DNA of 64,000 nucleotides from Nitrososphaeraceae archaeon. GTDB taxonomy: Archaea; Thermoproteota; Nitrososphaeria; Nitrososphaerales; Nitrososphaeraceae. The notes beneath the pieces are model-generated. The model worked only from the letters and a program-made list of their open reading frames with translations. It was not told the DNA's origin and did no database searches. Position numbers and translations under genes: made by a program. The DNA is taken from positions 1 to 64,000 of the forward strand of contig DATGZA010000062.1 in the NCBI GenBank assembly GCA_035297365.1, written 5' to 3'. Shown here piece after piece: positions 31,965 to 42,180 of the stretch; position 1 is the first letter of the stretch; every line of letters starts with the position of its first letter.

Positions 31965-32705
31965 TTAAAGGTCAAGCAAAAATTTTACTCTATATTTCTT
32001 TGTATTTTCATCATAATCAATTTCCATCTCATGGTAGGTAACCGACTTTATTTCCAATTTATAATTGTGTTTAGAAATATCAGGAGATTCTCCCGAACCT
32101 ACACATTCAATTTCATAGGCGACAGATCCTATTCGTCCCACATCTATTTTTTTTTCTTCAAGAATTAAATTCATTTCTGCTTTATCTTCGTTTATATGAT
32201 TGTTCTTAAAAGTAGAAACAATCTGACTCTTGATTCTGTTACCGTTATCATCTTTTATGACTATACGGAGTTCGAAATATTCAAAGTCATTTATGATTAT
32301 TTTACCAATATAAATTGCCAAGAGTATCTTTTCTATCCAATCGTATAACAAACTTTTCAGATCATGCCCTTGTGCCACTATTTTTGTGGTGATTTTTGAT
32401 TCAACCTTTTCTACATCAAACATAGAGTTCAATGTACCCGTTGCTGCATTGAGAAAAGTTTCTGTTAGAGTATTGCCGTGTGCTTCCACTATCAAATCAG
32501 TCATATGATCCAGATATCTATATCCTCTTTTCTCAACCGAATCTTCTTCTTTTTCTCTTTCATTCTCAAATTTGCTCCCATTATTTTTACCATTAAGGTA
32601 TTGGCTTTCATTGATGCCCTTTTCCTTTTCATTTTTGAATTCACTCCTGAAAAAATTACTGCTATTGTTATTGTCTGATGATCCTTGATAACTTTCTCCC
32701 AGCAT
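31965..32705 (-). CDS. Archease (RtcB activator) with N-terminal extension and internal insertion
   Basis: YRYLDHMTD, LxxLLYDW and EIKSVTYH...LDL C-terminus. Confidence 0.9.
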   Translation of the reverse strand: MLGESYQGSSDNNNSSNFFRSEFKNEKEKGINESQYLNGKNNGSKFENEREKEEDSVEKRGYRYLDHMTDLIVEAHGNTLTETFLNAATGTLNSMFDVEKVESKITTKIVAQGHDLKSLLYDWIEKILLAIYIGKIIINDFEYFELRIVIKDDNGNRIKSQIVSTFKNNHINEDKAEMNLILEEKKIDVGRIGSVAYEIECVGSGESPDISKHNYKLEIKSVTYHEMEIDYDENTKKYRVKFLLDL

Positions 32706-32800
32706 TATGTCAAATACCAGAAAAAGATACCATATATTCTATATAATATTTTAATAAATCGGAAAATCTAAATCCCAACCTTTTCATCCCTTATCATACT

Positions 32801-34090
32801 TTGAAAGTAGATCTTCCAAGAGGAATGAGAGATTTAACCAGTAACGATTCATACTATATTGATTATATAAAGAGAAAATTTTTTGAAGTTGTATCAACTT
32901 ACAATTTTCAGATATTAGAACCATCTCCACTGGAACTTTTGTCTACACTCGAGGTAAAGAGTGGCGCTTCAATAATAAACGAGATTTATGGATTTACGGA
33001 TAAAGGCGGAAGAAGTATAGCACTTCGATATGACCTTACAGTTGGAATGACAAGGTTTGCAACCTCAAGACGTGATATGCGTCTTCCAATAAAGCTAGCA
33101 TCCTTTGGTGGAGTCTGGAGATATGACGAACCTCAGGCAGGGCGATATAGATATTTCCATCAATGGGATATCGAGCTTTATGATAGCTTCGACATCGATT
33201 CAGATGCAGAAATCATAGAATTTGTTTCCAATTTCTTTGACAAACTTGGTATTGGTAATAGCATTATAATAGAGGTAAGTGATAGAAGGATACTTGAAGA
33301 ATATATTAAATTAAACTTCAAGCTGGAAAATGAGAGTCTATTATCTGAAATCTTTAGAGCTATAGATAAAGTACCCAAAAAGGGCATACAAGATGTCTGT
33401 CGGGAATACAAAGAAGTAATAGATGAAAATTTATTAAAGGATCTTTTACAAGTTTTCTCATTTAAAGGAGATCTGGAAGATTTAAAATCCAATCCAAAAA
33501 TAAATAATCTAGAATGTATAAAATACCTTGAGGAACTGCTTGTATCCTTAAAATATAGAAATGTTCCAAACGTTAGAATAAATTTGGGAATAGTTAGAGG
33601 TTTGGACTATTATTCTGGAATGGTATTCGAAGTATTTGATACCAAATCTGATGTAGGCTCTCTAGTTGGAGGAGGTCGTTACGACAAACTTACAAGCGTA
33701 TTTGGAAGATCGGATATTGGAGCAGCTGGTGCTGCTGGAGGAGTAGAAAGGATCATTTTAGCATTACAATCTCGCGAAAATTTCCTACCGTCTGAGGAAA
33801 AAAATATAATTTATCTTGCAAATTCAGGAGAGGAGGTTCGAAATCATTTATTACGTCTGGTGAATTTTCTGAGAAAAAAAGGGTTTATTATAGAATATGA
33901 TATCTCCAATAGGACACTAAAAAAGCAACTAAGTGATGCCTCATCAAAAAAGGCAAAAATTGCGATTATAGTGGGCCCAGAAGAAATAAGCCGTCAAAAG
34001 TTAAAGTTACGCAATATGAAAACAGGTTCAGAATCAATGGAGAAAATAAACGGAATAGAAAAAAGGATAGCTGAACTTCTTTTATTATAG
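32801..34090 (+). CDS. hisS: Histidine--tRNA ligase
   Basis: PRGMRD, LRYDLTV, RYDEPQAGRYRYFHQ, RGLDYYSG and GGGRYD motifs. Confidence 0.97.
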   Translation: MKVDLPRGMRDLTSNDSYYIDYIKRKFFEVVSTYNFQILEPSPLELLSTLEVKSGASIINEIYGFTDKGGRSIALRYDLTVGMTRFATSRRDMRLPIKLASFGGVWRYDEPQAGRYRYFHQWDIELYDSFDIDSDAEIIEFVSNFFDKLGIGNSIIIEVSDRRILEEYIKLNFKLENESLLSEIFRAIDKVPKKGIQDVCREYKEVIDENLLKDLLQVFSFKGDLEDLKSNPKINNLECIKYLEELLVSLKYRNVPNVRINLGIVRGLDYYSGMVFEVFDTKSDVGSLVGGGRYDKLTSVFGRSDIGAAGAAGGVERIILALQSRENFLPSEEKNIIYLANSGEEVRNHLLRLVNFLRKKGFIIEYDISNRTLKKQLSDASSKKAKIAIIVGPEEISRQKLKLRNMKTGSESMEKINGIEKRIAELLLL

Positions 34091-34357
34091 TTTTAACATT
34101 TGAATACTTTTCATTTTTATTATTCCACTTCGTTTTTTCTCGTATACATTTCTGATAACAAGATCAGGTGGGTCATAACTTATGAATAAATCTCCTTCCT
34201 CTAATTCATTGGTATTATAGCTAATCAGGATATCATCCTTATCAATGCCATTGTAGACAAGTAAATTTTTGGCCTTTAGTATTATTTCTTCATCGGATGT
34301 GTTTGGAGCTAGAAAGACTCTCTTTGAGTAATTTATTACCATAATTATTAACAACAA
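34085..34357 (-). CDS. Hypothetical protein
   Basis: About 85-90-aa ORF convergent with hisS; start uncertain. Confidence 0.55.
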   Translation of the reverse strand: MLLIIMVINYSKRVFLAPNTSDEEIILKAKNLLVYNGIDKDDILISYNTNELEEGDLFISYDPPDLVIRNVYEKKRSGIIKMKSIQMLKL

Positions 34358-34703
34358 GATACTTGAATAACCAATAATTAAATGTAAAAAATAATACTAT
34401 AGTTTTATGCATTTGGTTGTTTTTTCTTGAAATTACTAAAATCAAATTTTGGTGACTTATCGTGACGGTCTGATCTGTTTTATTCATTCCATCTATTTCT
34501 TCTTATAGATCATTTCTCTTCTTGGATTCCACTTGATTCTTCGAATAAATGATTTTATCCTTATATGTTACAAACTAACCTCCCTCATACTTAGCTGCAA
34601 ATTTTTTTTATAATTTGTCATTACAAGAACTAAAAATACGTACCAATCAAGCAAAAGGTATATTTGTATTACCTATCTATTCGTTTTTGGGATAATATTT
34701 ACT

Positions 34704-36431
34704 GTGACAGATTCGATTCATCATGATGTTGTTATAATAGGTTCGGGGTTAGCAGGTCTTCGAGCTGCTATAGCTGCTGCGTCTACAGGAAAAAACAAGA
34801 CTAGCATCGGTGTCTTCTCCAAGGTACAGGTCATGCGATCACACTCAGTTTCTGCGGAGGGAGGTACTGCAGCAGTGATCTTTGAAGATGAAGGAGATAA
34901 CCAAGAGTCTCATATTTACGATACAATAAAAGGAAGTGACTTTCTTGCAGATCAAGACGTTGCTGAAAGACTAGCAAGCAATATCCCTCATGAAATATAT
35001 CAACTTGATCATTGGGGTATGCCTTGGTCTAGGCGAGAAGATGGTAGAATAGGACAAAGGAAATTTGGAGGATATTCTTTTCCGAGAGCAACATTTGCCC
35101 AAGACAAGGTTGGATTCTACCTGATGCAAACTCTATACGATACCTGTCTTAAGTTTGATAATATTCATTTTTACAATGAATGGTTCTGTACAAGTATTTT
35201 AAAAGACAACAGTAAATTCAGAGGTCTTACTGCAATAGAGCTGAAAAACGGTAACTTTATCACTGTGAAATCACCAGCAGGAATTATCTGTACTGGAGGA
35301 GCGGGTCGAATCTACAGTTTCTCGACTTATGCATATTCTTCTACGCCTGATGGAATTGATATAGCATTTAGAGCTGGACTTGCTTTGAAGGATATGGAAT
35401 TTGTTCAGTTCCACCCTACCGGTATCCTTCCTTCAGGTATTTTAATAACAGAAGGAGCTAGAGGAGAGGGCGGTTATTTGATAAATAATACTGGAGAAAG
35501 ATTCATGAAAAATTATGCTCCAGAAAAATTGGAACTCGCGCCGAGAGATGTGGTCTCTAGATCGATGATAAAGGAGATAGAGGCTGGTCGTGGATTCAAA
35601 CATGAATCTGGTTACGATTGTTTAAAATTGGATTTAACGCATCTTGGAGATGAAAAGATAAAAGAACGATTAGCAGGAATAAGAGAAATTGGAATCAAAT
35701 TTTCTGGTGTAGATGTAATAGATGAACCAATAGAGATAAGACCTGTCTGTCACTACATGATGGGAGGAATTCATACTGATGTCGACGGTAGGACAGAATT
35801 GGCTGGTTTGTGGGCGGCTGGTGAGGCCGCATGTAACAGCACACACGGTGCCAATCGTCTGGGGGCAAATTCTACCTCCGAATGTATCGTATGGGGACGA
35901 ATAACTGGCGAATTTGCTGCCAGTTTTGCACTGTCGAGCAAAGAAAAAAATAGAACTCATGATTCTTCAACAGAACAGGTTCAGACAGAGGAAAAAAGGA
36001 TCTATGATGGCATTTTCAGAGGAAAAGGAGACGTAAATCCATACCAGGCCAGAAAAGAACTAACTGATACCATGGATGCTAAATCCTATGTATTTAGAAA
36101 TGAAGAGTCTCTTGTTGAAGGATTGAAAAAAATAAGAGAATTAAAGAGTCAAACATGGAAGCACGTAGATGATAAATCAAAAGAATATAATACTAATTTT
36201 GTAAACGTCATGGAGATTGATGCAATGATGAGAACTGCAGAAGTAGTGTTATTAGGCGCAATAAATAGAAGAGAATCTAGAGGAGCTCATTCCAGATTAG
36301 ATTTTCCTAATCGTGATGATGTTAACTTTTTAAAACATACTCTTGCCTATTACAGTGCAGATGGGGAACCTAAAATGACGTGGCACCCTGTGATAATTAC
36401 TAGATATGCCCCCGTGGAGAGGAGATACTGA
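34704..36431 (+). CDS. sdhA: Succinate dehydrogenase flavoprotein subunit
   Basis: GSGLAG, flavinylation motif RSHSVSAEGG, QFHPTG, ELAPRD, HGANRLGANS and ESRGAH. Confidence 0.97.
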   Translation: MTDSIHHDVVIIGSGLAGLRAAIAAASTGKNKTSIGVFSKVQVMRSHSVSAEGGTAAVIFEDEGDNQESHIYDTIKGSDFLADQDVAERLASNIPHEIYQLDHWGMPWSRREDGRIGQRKFGGYSFPRATFAQDKVGFYLMQTLYDTCLKFDNIHFYNEWFCTSILKDNSKFRGLTAIELKNGNFITVKSPAGIICTGGAGRIYSFSTYAYSSTPDGIDIAFRAGLALKDMEFVQFHPTGILPSGILITEGARGEGGYLINNTGERFMKNYAPEKLELAPRDVVSRSMIKEIEAGRGFKHESGYDCLKLDLTHLGDEKIKERLAGIREIGIKFSGVDVIDEPIEIRPVCHYMMGGIHTDVDGRTELAGLWAAGEAACNSTHGANRLGANSTSECIVWGRITGEFAASFALSSKEKNRTHDSSTEQVQTEEKRIYDGIFRGKGDVNPYQARKELTDTMDAKSYVFRNEESLVEGLKKIRELKSQTWKHVDDKSKEYNTNFVNVMEIDAMMRTAEVVLLGAINRRESRGAHSRLDFPNRDDVNFLKHTLAYYSADGEPKMTWHPVIITRYAPVERRY

Positions 36432-36932
36432 ATGACTGTGTCTGAGAATTTAGATTCATCATCCTCTGACTCTAATGTGAACAAAAAGAGCATTGAAGCA
36501 AATCTTAGAACAAATAGGGAGGGGTTGAAAGGATGGCTAAACCCTTCACGATATGGATGGGAAAGAGTATCATATTGGTTGCAGCGTCTGACAGGCGTAT
36601 TTCTTTTAGTGTACTTTGTGGGACACGTTTATGAAACTAGCTCTCTTGTTAGTGGTCCTGATGCATGGGCTACAATGCTCGAAATGACCCAGACAATATG
36701 GGGACATCTCTTCTTGATGACTGTGATAGGTGCAAGTACCTTTCATACTATAAACGGTATACGACTGATCTTTACACACGTGGGAATGGGTTTAGGCAAA
36801 CCCGGTAGACCAGATTATCCATACGATCCTACTTCTATCAATACAAAAGAGCGTTCTGGAATATGGATAGCTCTTGTATTGGCAGCTGTAGCCATGCTTT
36901 ATGGTGCAAGTGTCTTGTTTGGAGGCGAATAA
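36432..36932 (+). CDS. sdhC: Succinate dehydrogenase cytochrome b subunit
   Basis: QRLTG, H..NGIR and three TM helices, located between sdhA and sdhB. Confidence 0.9.
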   Translation: MTVSENLDSSSSDSNVNKKSIEANLRTNREGLKGWLNPSRYGWERVSYWLQRLTGVFLLVYFVGHVYETSSLVSGPDAWATMLEMTQTIWGHLFLMTVIGASTFHTINGIRLIFTHVGMGLGKPGRPDYPYDPTSINTKERSGIWIALVLAAVAMLYGASVLFGGE

Positions 36933-36935
36933 AAA

Positions 36936-37325
36936 TTGAAGAACGATTCACGAAGAACCGGAATTAGCACATCTCTTCTAAAAGAAAGCCAAATTATGAA
37001 GATCCATTATATCACTGGAGTTTGTGCACTAGTTGTTGTAGCAATACATATCATGATGCGTTTAATAATGCCATACAACATGTCGTTGGAATTTGAAAAT
37101 GTTATTTTAAACTACAAGAACATATTTTATGCTATTTTGCTAGAAACAATTTTAGTACTTATTGCTATACATGGGTTTAACGGTCTCAGGATTATATTAT
37201 TGGAGTTTAGACAGAATGAACTATGGGAGAAGAGTGTAAACATTTTTGTAATAATTGCGATGATAGGAATAATTGCCTTTGGAACTAGAACTATAATAGT
37301 TGCAAATGGCTTATCTTTAGGTTAA
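36936..37325 (+). CDS. sdhD: Succinate dehydrogenase membrane anchor subunit
   Basis: HYITG, HGFNGLRIILLE and three TM helices. Confidence 0.88.
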   Translation: MKNDSRRTGISTSLLKESQIMKIHYITGVCALVVVAIHIMMRLIMPYNMSLEFENVILNYKNIFYAILLETILVLIAIHGFNGLRIILLEFRQNELWEKSVNIFVIIAMIGIIAFGTRTIIVANGLSLG

Positions 37326-37353
37326 AAGAATGGGAAACATGAAGTGAAATAGA

Positions 37354-38268
37354 ATGGAAAATAATAAAAACAAAAAAAGTTTTAATAATGAGAACAAAAG
37401 TAAAATTGAAAAGGAAATCAGTTTCGAGAATAAAAAAGAAAATATGAAAAATGAAGGGAATGGCAATGAACATTTTAAAGAAAGCATCAAGCTTAAAGTA
37501 TTCAGGATGAATGCTGTCAGAGAGACAAAGAAGGATTCACCACATTACGATGAATTCCAAGTACCTGTTAAAAGATGGACAACTGTACTTGACGCTTTAT
37601 TGCATGCAAAAAGCTATCAAGATAGTAGTATTGGTATAAGATATTCATGTAGGATGGCTACATGTGGATCCTGTGGAATGAAAATAAATGGAAAACCAAG
37701 ACTGGCATGTTACACTAAAATATCTGAATTAGAAGGAGATACTATTACTTGTGAACCCTTGGCAAACTTTCCCTATATCAGAGACCTTGTTACTGATTTT
37801 TCACAGTTCTTTCAACACCACAAGAATATCATGCCTTACATACAGAATGAAAATGCAGACATGAAAGATAATAGTGAACTATCTGAATATTTGCAGACTC
37901 CTGAAGATGTAGACAAATTCCTACAATTCTCATATTGTATTAAATGTGGATTGTGTTATTCGGCATGTCCAACAGTTGCAACAGACACAAAATTTCCTGG
38001 ACCCCAAGCACTATCACAGGCATATAGGTATTTTTCCGATTCGAGGGATTCAGATAAAACCAATCGACTGAATGTCCTTGATGATAGGCATGGTATATGG
38101 AGGTGTCATTTTGCAGGATCCTGCAGTCATGTCTGTCCAAAGGGAGTTGATCCAGCTTTGGGAATACAACTACTAAGAAACCATTTGCTAGGATTCTCAA
38201 AAAATGAAAAAAAGATATCTTCCTTGCAAGATAGATCATCTAAAGACAAAACAGAAAACGATATATAA
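37354..38268 (+). CDS. sdhB: Succinate dehydrogenase iron-sulfur subunit
   Basis: SCRMATCGSC, CIKCGLCYSACP and CHFAGSCSHVCPKG motifs. Confidence 0.97.
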   Translation: MENNKNKKSFNNENKSKIEKEISFENKKENMKNEGNGNEHFKESIKLKVFRMNAVRETKKDSPHYDEFQVPVKRWTTVLDALLHAKSYQDSSIGIRYSCRMATCGSCGMKINGKPRLACYTKISELEGDTITCEPLANFPYIRDLVTDFSQFFQHHKNIMPYIQNENADMKDNSELSEYLQTPEDVDKFLQFSYCIKCGLCYSACPTVATDTKFPGPQALSQAYRYFSDSRDSDKTNRLNVLDDRHGIWRCHFAGSCSHVCPKGVDPALGIQLLRNHLLGFSKNEKKISSLQDRSSKDKTENDI

Positions 38269-38604
38269 AATAGAATTAATGATATTTTATTCTTTTAATC
38301 TTTTGTTATCGAAATTTTTAATCTACCTCCTTGTTTAAACTATATGATTTACTTTTTGCGTTTCTTTCAATATTGTATAATAATACTACACATTTTCTGT
38401 ACACGGCGGTTGATTTTAGATTGTCTTCAGGATAGATCTCAAATCTGTGGAATCAGTATCACAATGAGGATACACCGTCTCCTCCTTAAATCTTGTACAT
38501 GATATAAAATAAAAAATAAGTCTTACAAAGATATTCTATTTAGAACATATTTTTCTTTTAACAAGTTGATTTATATCACTTGAATAAGGTTTGAATTTAC
38601 TATC

Positions 38605-38964
38605 TTACTTTTCTTCTGCTTTGTCCTTTTCAGGAAATTTACTTTCGTTTACCTGTTTGTTTATTGCCTCTGCCATAAAGTGATTACTCACATTTACCTT
38701 TACTTGTTCGATGTTTCCTATCTTGTAAATGTTATCTCTGACATCCTGAGCAATTTTAAAACCAAATACTGCTGGACAAAACGGACTTGTTAAATGTAAA
38801 TCAACGTTTACTTGATTATCATTAATATCCACCTTATCAACCAATTCCAATTCCATTATCGAGACTCCGATTTCCGGATCTACTATTTTCGACAATTCAT
38901 CAAAGATTAACCTACGGGTTTGTTGAATATCCTCAGACATCATACAAATTTTATCAAAAACCAT
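38605..38964 (-). CDS. DUF59 / SufT-like metal-sulfur cluster assembly factor
   Basis: IVDPEIGVSIMELELV and LTSPFCP motifs. The true start is probably 38943 or 38940. Confidence 0.88.
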   Translation of the reverse strand: MVFDKICMMSEDIQQTRRLIFDELSKIVDPEIGVSIMELELVDKVDINDNQVNVDLHLTSPFCPAVFGFKIAQDVRDNIYKIGNIEQVKVNVSNHFMAEAINKQVNESKFPEKDKAEEK

Positions 38965-39114
38965 ATTTAATGATTGATGTGGATTAAAGATGTTCCAATA
39001 TAATAACAGATTATTTACTGAATTGAGTTTAGATTACTAATGGAATAATATGCCATCTTTTGAGAATAGATAAATATATTATATTGAAATCCTGTTTAAT
39101 ATTGATAAATATTC

Positions 39115-40623
39115 TTGTATAGATCTAGACAGACCGAAAATCTAGATAAAAATGTTCTTGATTATCTTTCTTCCCTAGATGATGATATTAACTTATTTTA
39201 TTATGATATTGTTGGAACTCAAGCACATTGTATGATGTTAAACAAAATTGGAATTTTAGACCATCAAGAATTATCAAGACTTCTATCTTCTTTAAGTGAA
39301 CTAAAGGATAATTGCATTGATCAGGCGAAGGTTAGAAAGATACTATCATCAGATTCCTCTGAAGATATTCATGAACAGATTGAAGCCCTAGTAACGCAAA
39401 GTATAGGTTTAGAAGTGGGTGGTAAGATGCATACAGGACGTTCCAGAAATGATCAGGTAGCATTAGATATTATTATGAAAGCAAGGGATGACCTCCTAGT
39501 TATATCCAACCTCATAACTAACCTACTAAGATCCTTGATAACAAGATCAAAAGAATATCAAACAACGATTGTCTCTCTATACACTCATTTACAACAGGCA
39601 CAAATAGGCACCTTTTCTCACTATCTACTATCATATTCTTACAGTCTATTAAGAGATCTCGAACGCTTTAATATGATCTTTGATAGGATAAATAAATCTC
39701 CGTTGGGTGCATGTGCAATTGGTGGTACTAGCATACCCATAGATAGAAAGTACACCGCTTCTCTGCTAGGATTTGATGGACTGGTAGAAAATTCTATTGA
39801 TGCTACTAGTTCTAGAGATGTAATTATCGAATTTTTATCTTCACACGCAATCTTAATGACTTCCTTAAGCCGAATTGCCGAAGATTTTATTATCTGGTCA
39901 ACTTCAGAATTTAATTATATCGAACTTGCAGACAAATATAGTTCAACATCGAGTGTAATGCCACAAAAGAAAAATCCAGATCCCTTAGAAATTTTGCGTT
40001 CACATTCATCTATTGTTACAGGCAATCTCCTTTCAGCATTGACAATAATAAAGAGCCTTCCAACCGGTTATAGTAGAGACCTGCAAAATATCAAGCCCTT
40101 ATTGTGGAAATCTACTGCTATAGTAACAAATTCTTTGATAATAATGGTAGGAATAATAGATACATTTAAAGTGAACAAAAACATCGCATTAGAGCAAGCT
40201 AATAAGAGCTATGCAGTCTCTTTAGATATTGCTGAACAGTTGGTGATCAAATACAATATCCCATTTCGGCAAGCTCACAAATTGGTAGGACGTCTTGTAC
40301 AATATGCGATAAAAAATAACGACAGTATTAGTTTAAAGGACATTCCAAAGGAAGAACTTTCAAAGAGTCTTGATTCTATTAATATACATATAGATATAGA
40401 TGATTTACATACAATTGTTAGAGACACAATTTCAGAAAATTCTATATACTTAAGAAAATCAACAGGTTCTCCGAATCCGAATGAACAGAAAAAAATGCTG
40501 GAATCAATAGAAAATTTACTTATAGATACAGAAAATATCTTATCTAAAAGAACTAATATGGTAGATCAGGCTTTTAAAAATCTTCAACAACTGGTAATTG
40601 AAAAATGTAAATTAGATAAATAA
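39115..40623 (+). CDS. argH: Argininosuccinate lyase
   Basis: EDIHE, HTGRSRNDQV, YTHLQQAQ and SSVMPQKKNPD motifs. Confidence 0.97.
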   Translation: MYRSRQTENLDKNVLDYLSSLDDDINLFYYDIVGTQAHCMMLNKIGILDHQELSRLLSSLSELKDNCIDQAKVRKILSSDSSEDIHEQIEALVTQSIGLEVGGKMHTGRSRNDQVALDIIMKARDDLLVISNLITNLLRSLITRSKEYQTTIVSLYTHLQQAQIGTFSHYLLSYSYSLLRDLERFNMIFDRINKSPLGACAIGGTSIPIDRKYTASLLGFDGLVENSIDATSSRDVIIEFLSSHAILMTSLSRIAEDFIIWSTSEFNYIELADKYSSTSSVMPQKKNPDPLEILRSHSSIVTGNLLSALTIIKSLPTGYSRDLQNIKPLLWKSTAIVTNSLIIMVGIIDTFKVNKNIALEQANKSYAVSLDIAEQLVIKYNIPFRQAHKLVGRLVQYAIKNNDSISLKDIPKEELSKSLDSINIHIDIDDLHTIVRDTISENSIYLRKSTGSPNPNEQKKMLESIENLLIDTENILSKRTNMVDQAFKNLQQLVIEKCKLDK

Positions 40624-40743
40624 TATTTTTTATTAATAGTGACTTTGAAATGATAAAGAAATATTTTTTTAGGTTTTATTAATATTAAGTCATTCAGATA
40701 TTAGTTCTAAATGAACGGAAACATTAATTGCAATACATAAAAG

Positions 40744-40842
40744 TAGCCCGGCCCAGATTCGAACTGGGGTCAAAGGCTCCAAAGGCCTTTATGCTTGGCC
40801 GCTACACTCGGCGGAAAAATATATTTTTCCCTCCACCGGGCT
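40744..40842 (-). tRNA. tRNA-Gln(TTG) with a 26-nt non-canonical intron at position 10/11 (40807-40832)
   Basis: Acceptor AGCCCGG/CCGGGCT, anticodon arm AAGGC-CTTTGGA-GCCTT, T-loop GTTCGAATC. The insert AGGGAAAAATATATTTTTCCGCCGAG forms a BHB-type structure. Confidence 0.92.
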
Positions 40843-40890
40843 TCCGGGCATTATTTCGTATTAATAACTTGAATTATAATGTTATGAATT

Positions 40891-42045
40891 TCAAATAAAT
40901 TTCTTAAATTGTACTATTGGGTCTTCCATACTATCTATAAATTTCAAAGATTTTTCACACAATCTTTTTTGAAATCCCGATACTTTGTATTTTTTTAGTT
41001 TATCATTATTTTTAAAATCTTTTTTCTCGTTTTTAATTTTAGAGAAAATGTTGTGTGTATATCTAGTTAACTCTTTTTCATTTCTTATTTTCTTTACAAA
41101 TCCGCATCTTATAAGAAAGTTTTCCACGTAAAAGCTAATAGGTGCAATAGAAATGACTGGTTTACCAAGCAATGCTGCCTCCGCGCTCATAGTACCTCCA
41201 GCACCAATAAACAGATCTATCTCTCTTAATAACGAGGTTCCATCCACCACATTTTCGAGTATTTGAACTTTATTTTCATATCTCTGTTTGAAAAAATCTA
41301 TTTGATCTTGGTATCTTCCAAGAAGTAATACCTTAGAGTAAAGGGAAAAATTTTTAACAATACTATCAATCAACGCTACAGAATTTTTCAGATTTTTGTT
41401 ATCTGTTATATAGGATGCCTTTGCTTCTTCCGGCCTAATTAAGATAGTGAATTGGTTTTTTTTATTTTTTTTCGATATTGTATTTGACCATCCTCCACAC
41501 TCTTTAATTTTTTCCCTCTCTCTTTTTACCCAAACAACAGGGTCAATTGCTCTATATCTGGTAATTTTTTCTCTATTGATTCCTAGATTTAACCATGCTT
41601 TATATGGTATAATCCATGGACAGAAAAGCCGGTCACAAATTGGGACACTTAGTTTCGCTACAGCCAATGCATGTGGAGAATCATTGAAGATATAGTGTTT
41701 TACACCTAATCCAAACGATACTCTTGAAGCTTCTGGGGAGGAAAAGGAGACAGTTAGATCAGGTTCAAAGGAGTTAATAATGTCTGCAAGTTTTCGAATT
41801 CTTTCACTGCTAGCTACTAATTTTTCATATCTGTCCTTTCCTCCATGTTTGCCAACTATTTTTATTCTTACTTTTTTTATTTTTGCTAACTCTATTGCCT
41901 CTCTGTAGTCTCGTCCAGTACAGAATATTTCATGTCCAGATTCTTCCAGATCTTCAACGAAATATTTGAAGAACATTATCTGTTTGGGGGTAAGAATATC
42001 GAACCAGATTCTCAAGTTATTGTGATAGTTACCATTACTTATCAA
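40891..42045 (-). CDS. DUF354 family protein (GT-B-like)
   Basis: IWFDILTPKQ..FF, GKHGG, RPEE..ASY and GAGGTM..EAALLG.P motifs. Confidence 0.85.
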   Translation of the reverse strand: MISNGNYHNNLRIWFDILTPKQIMFFKYFVEDLEESGHEIFCTGRDYREAIELAKIKKVRIKIVGKHGGKDRYEKLVASSERIRKLADIINSFEPDLTVSFSSPEASRVSFGLGVKHYIFNDSPHALAVAKLSVPICDRLFCPWIIPYKAWLNLGINREKITRYRAIDPVVWVKREREKIKECGGWSNTISKKNKKNQFTILIRPEEAKASYITDNKNLKNSVALIDSIVKNFSLYSKVLLLGRYQDQIDFFKQRYENKVQILENVVDGTSLLREIDLFIGAGGTMSAEAALLGKPVISIAPISFYVENFLIRCGFVKKIRNEKELTRYTHNIFSKIKNEKKDFKNNDKLKKYKVSGFQKRLCEKSLKFIDSMEDPIVQFKKFI

Positions 42046-42180
42046 TGAATACTTTTCTCTTTATCTTGAGAATAAGAAGATAAATCTGAATGAAAATTAG
42101 TTTATCCATTCATCGTCTGCTATAAAAAAATTAGGGAAAAAAAATAAATAACTTTACTAAGGAGGAAATTTCATATTTTA

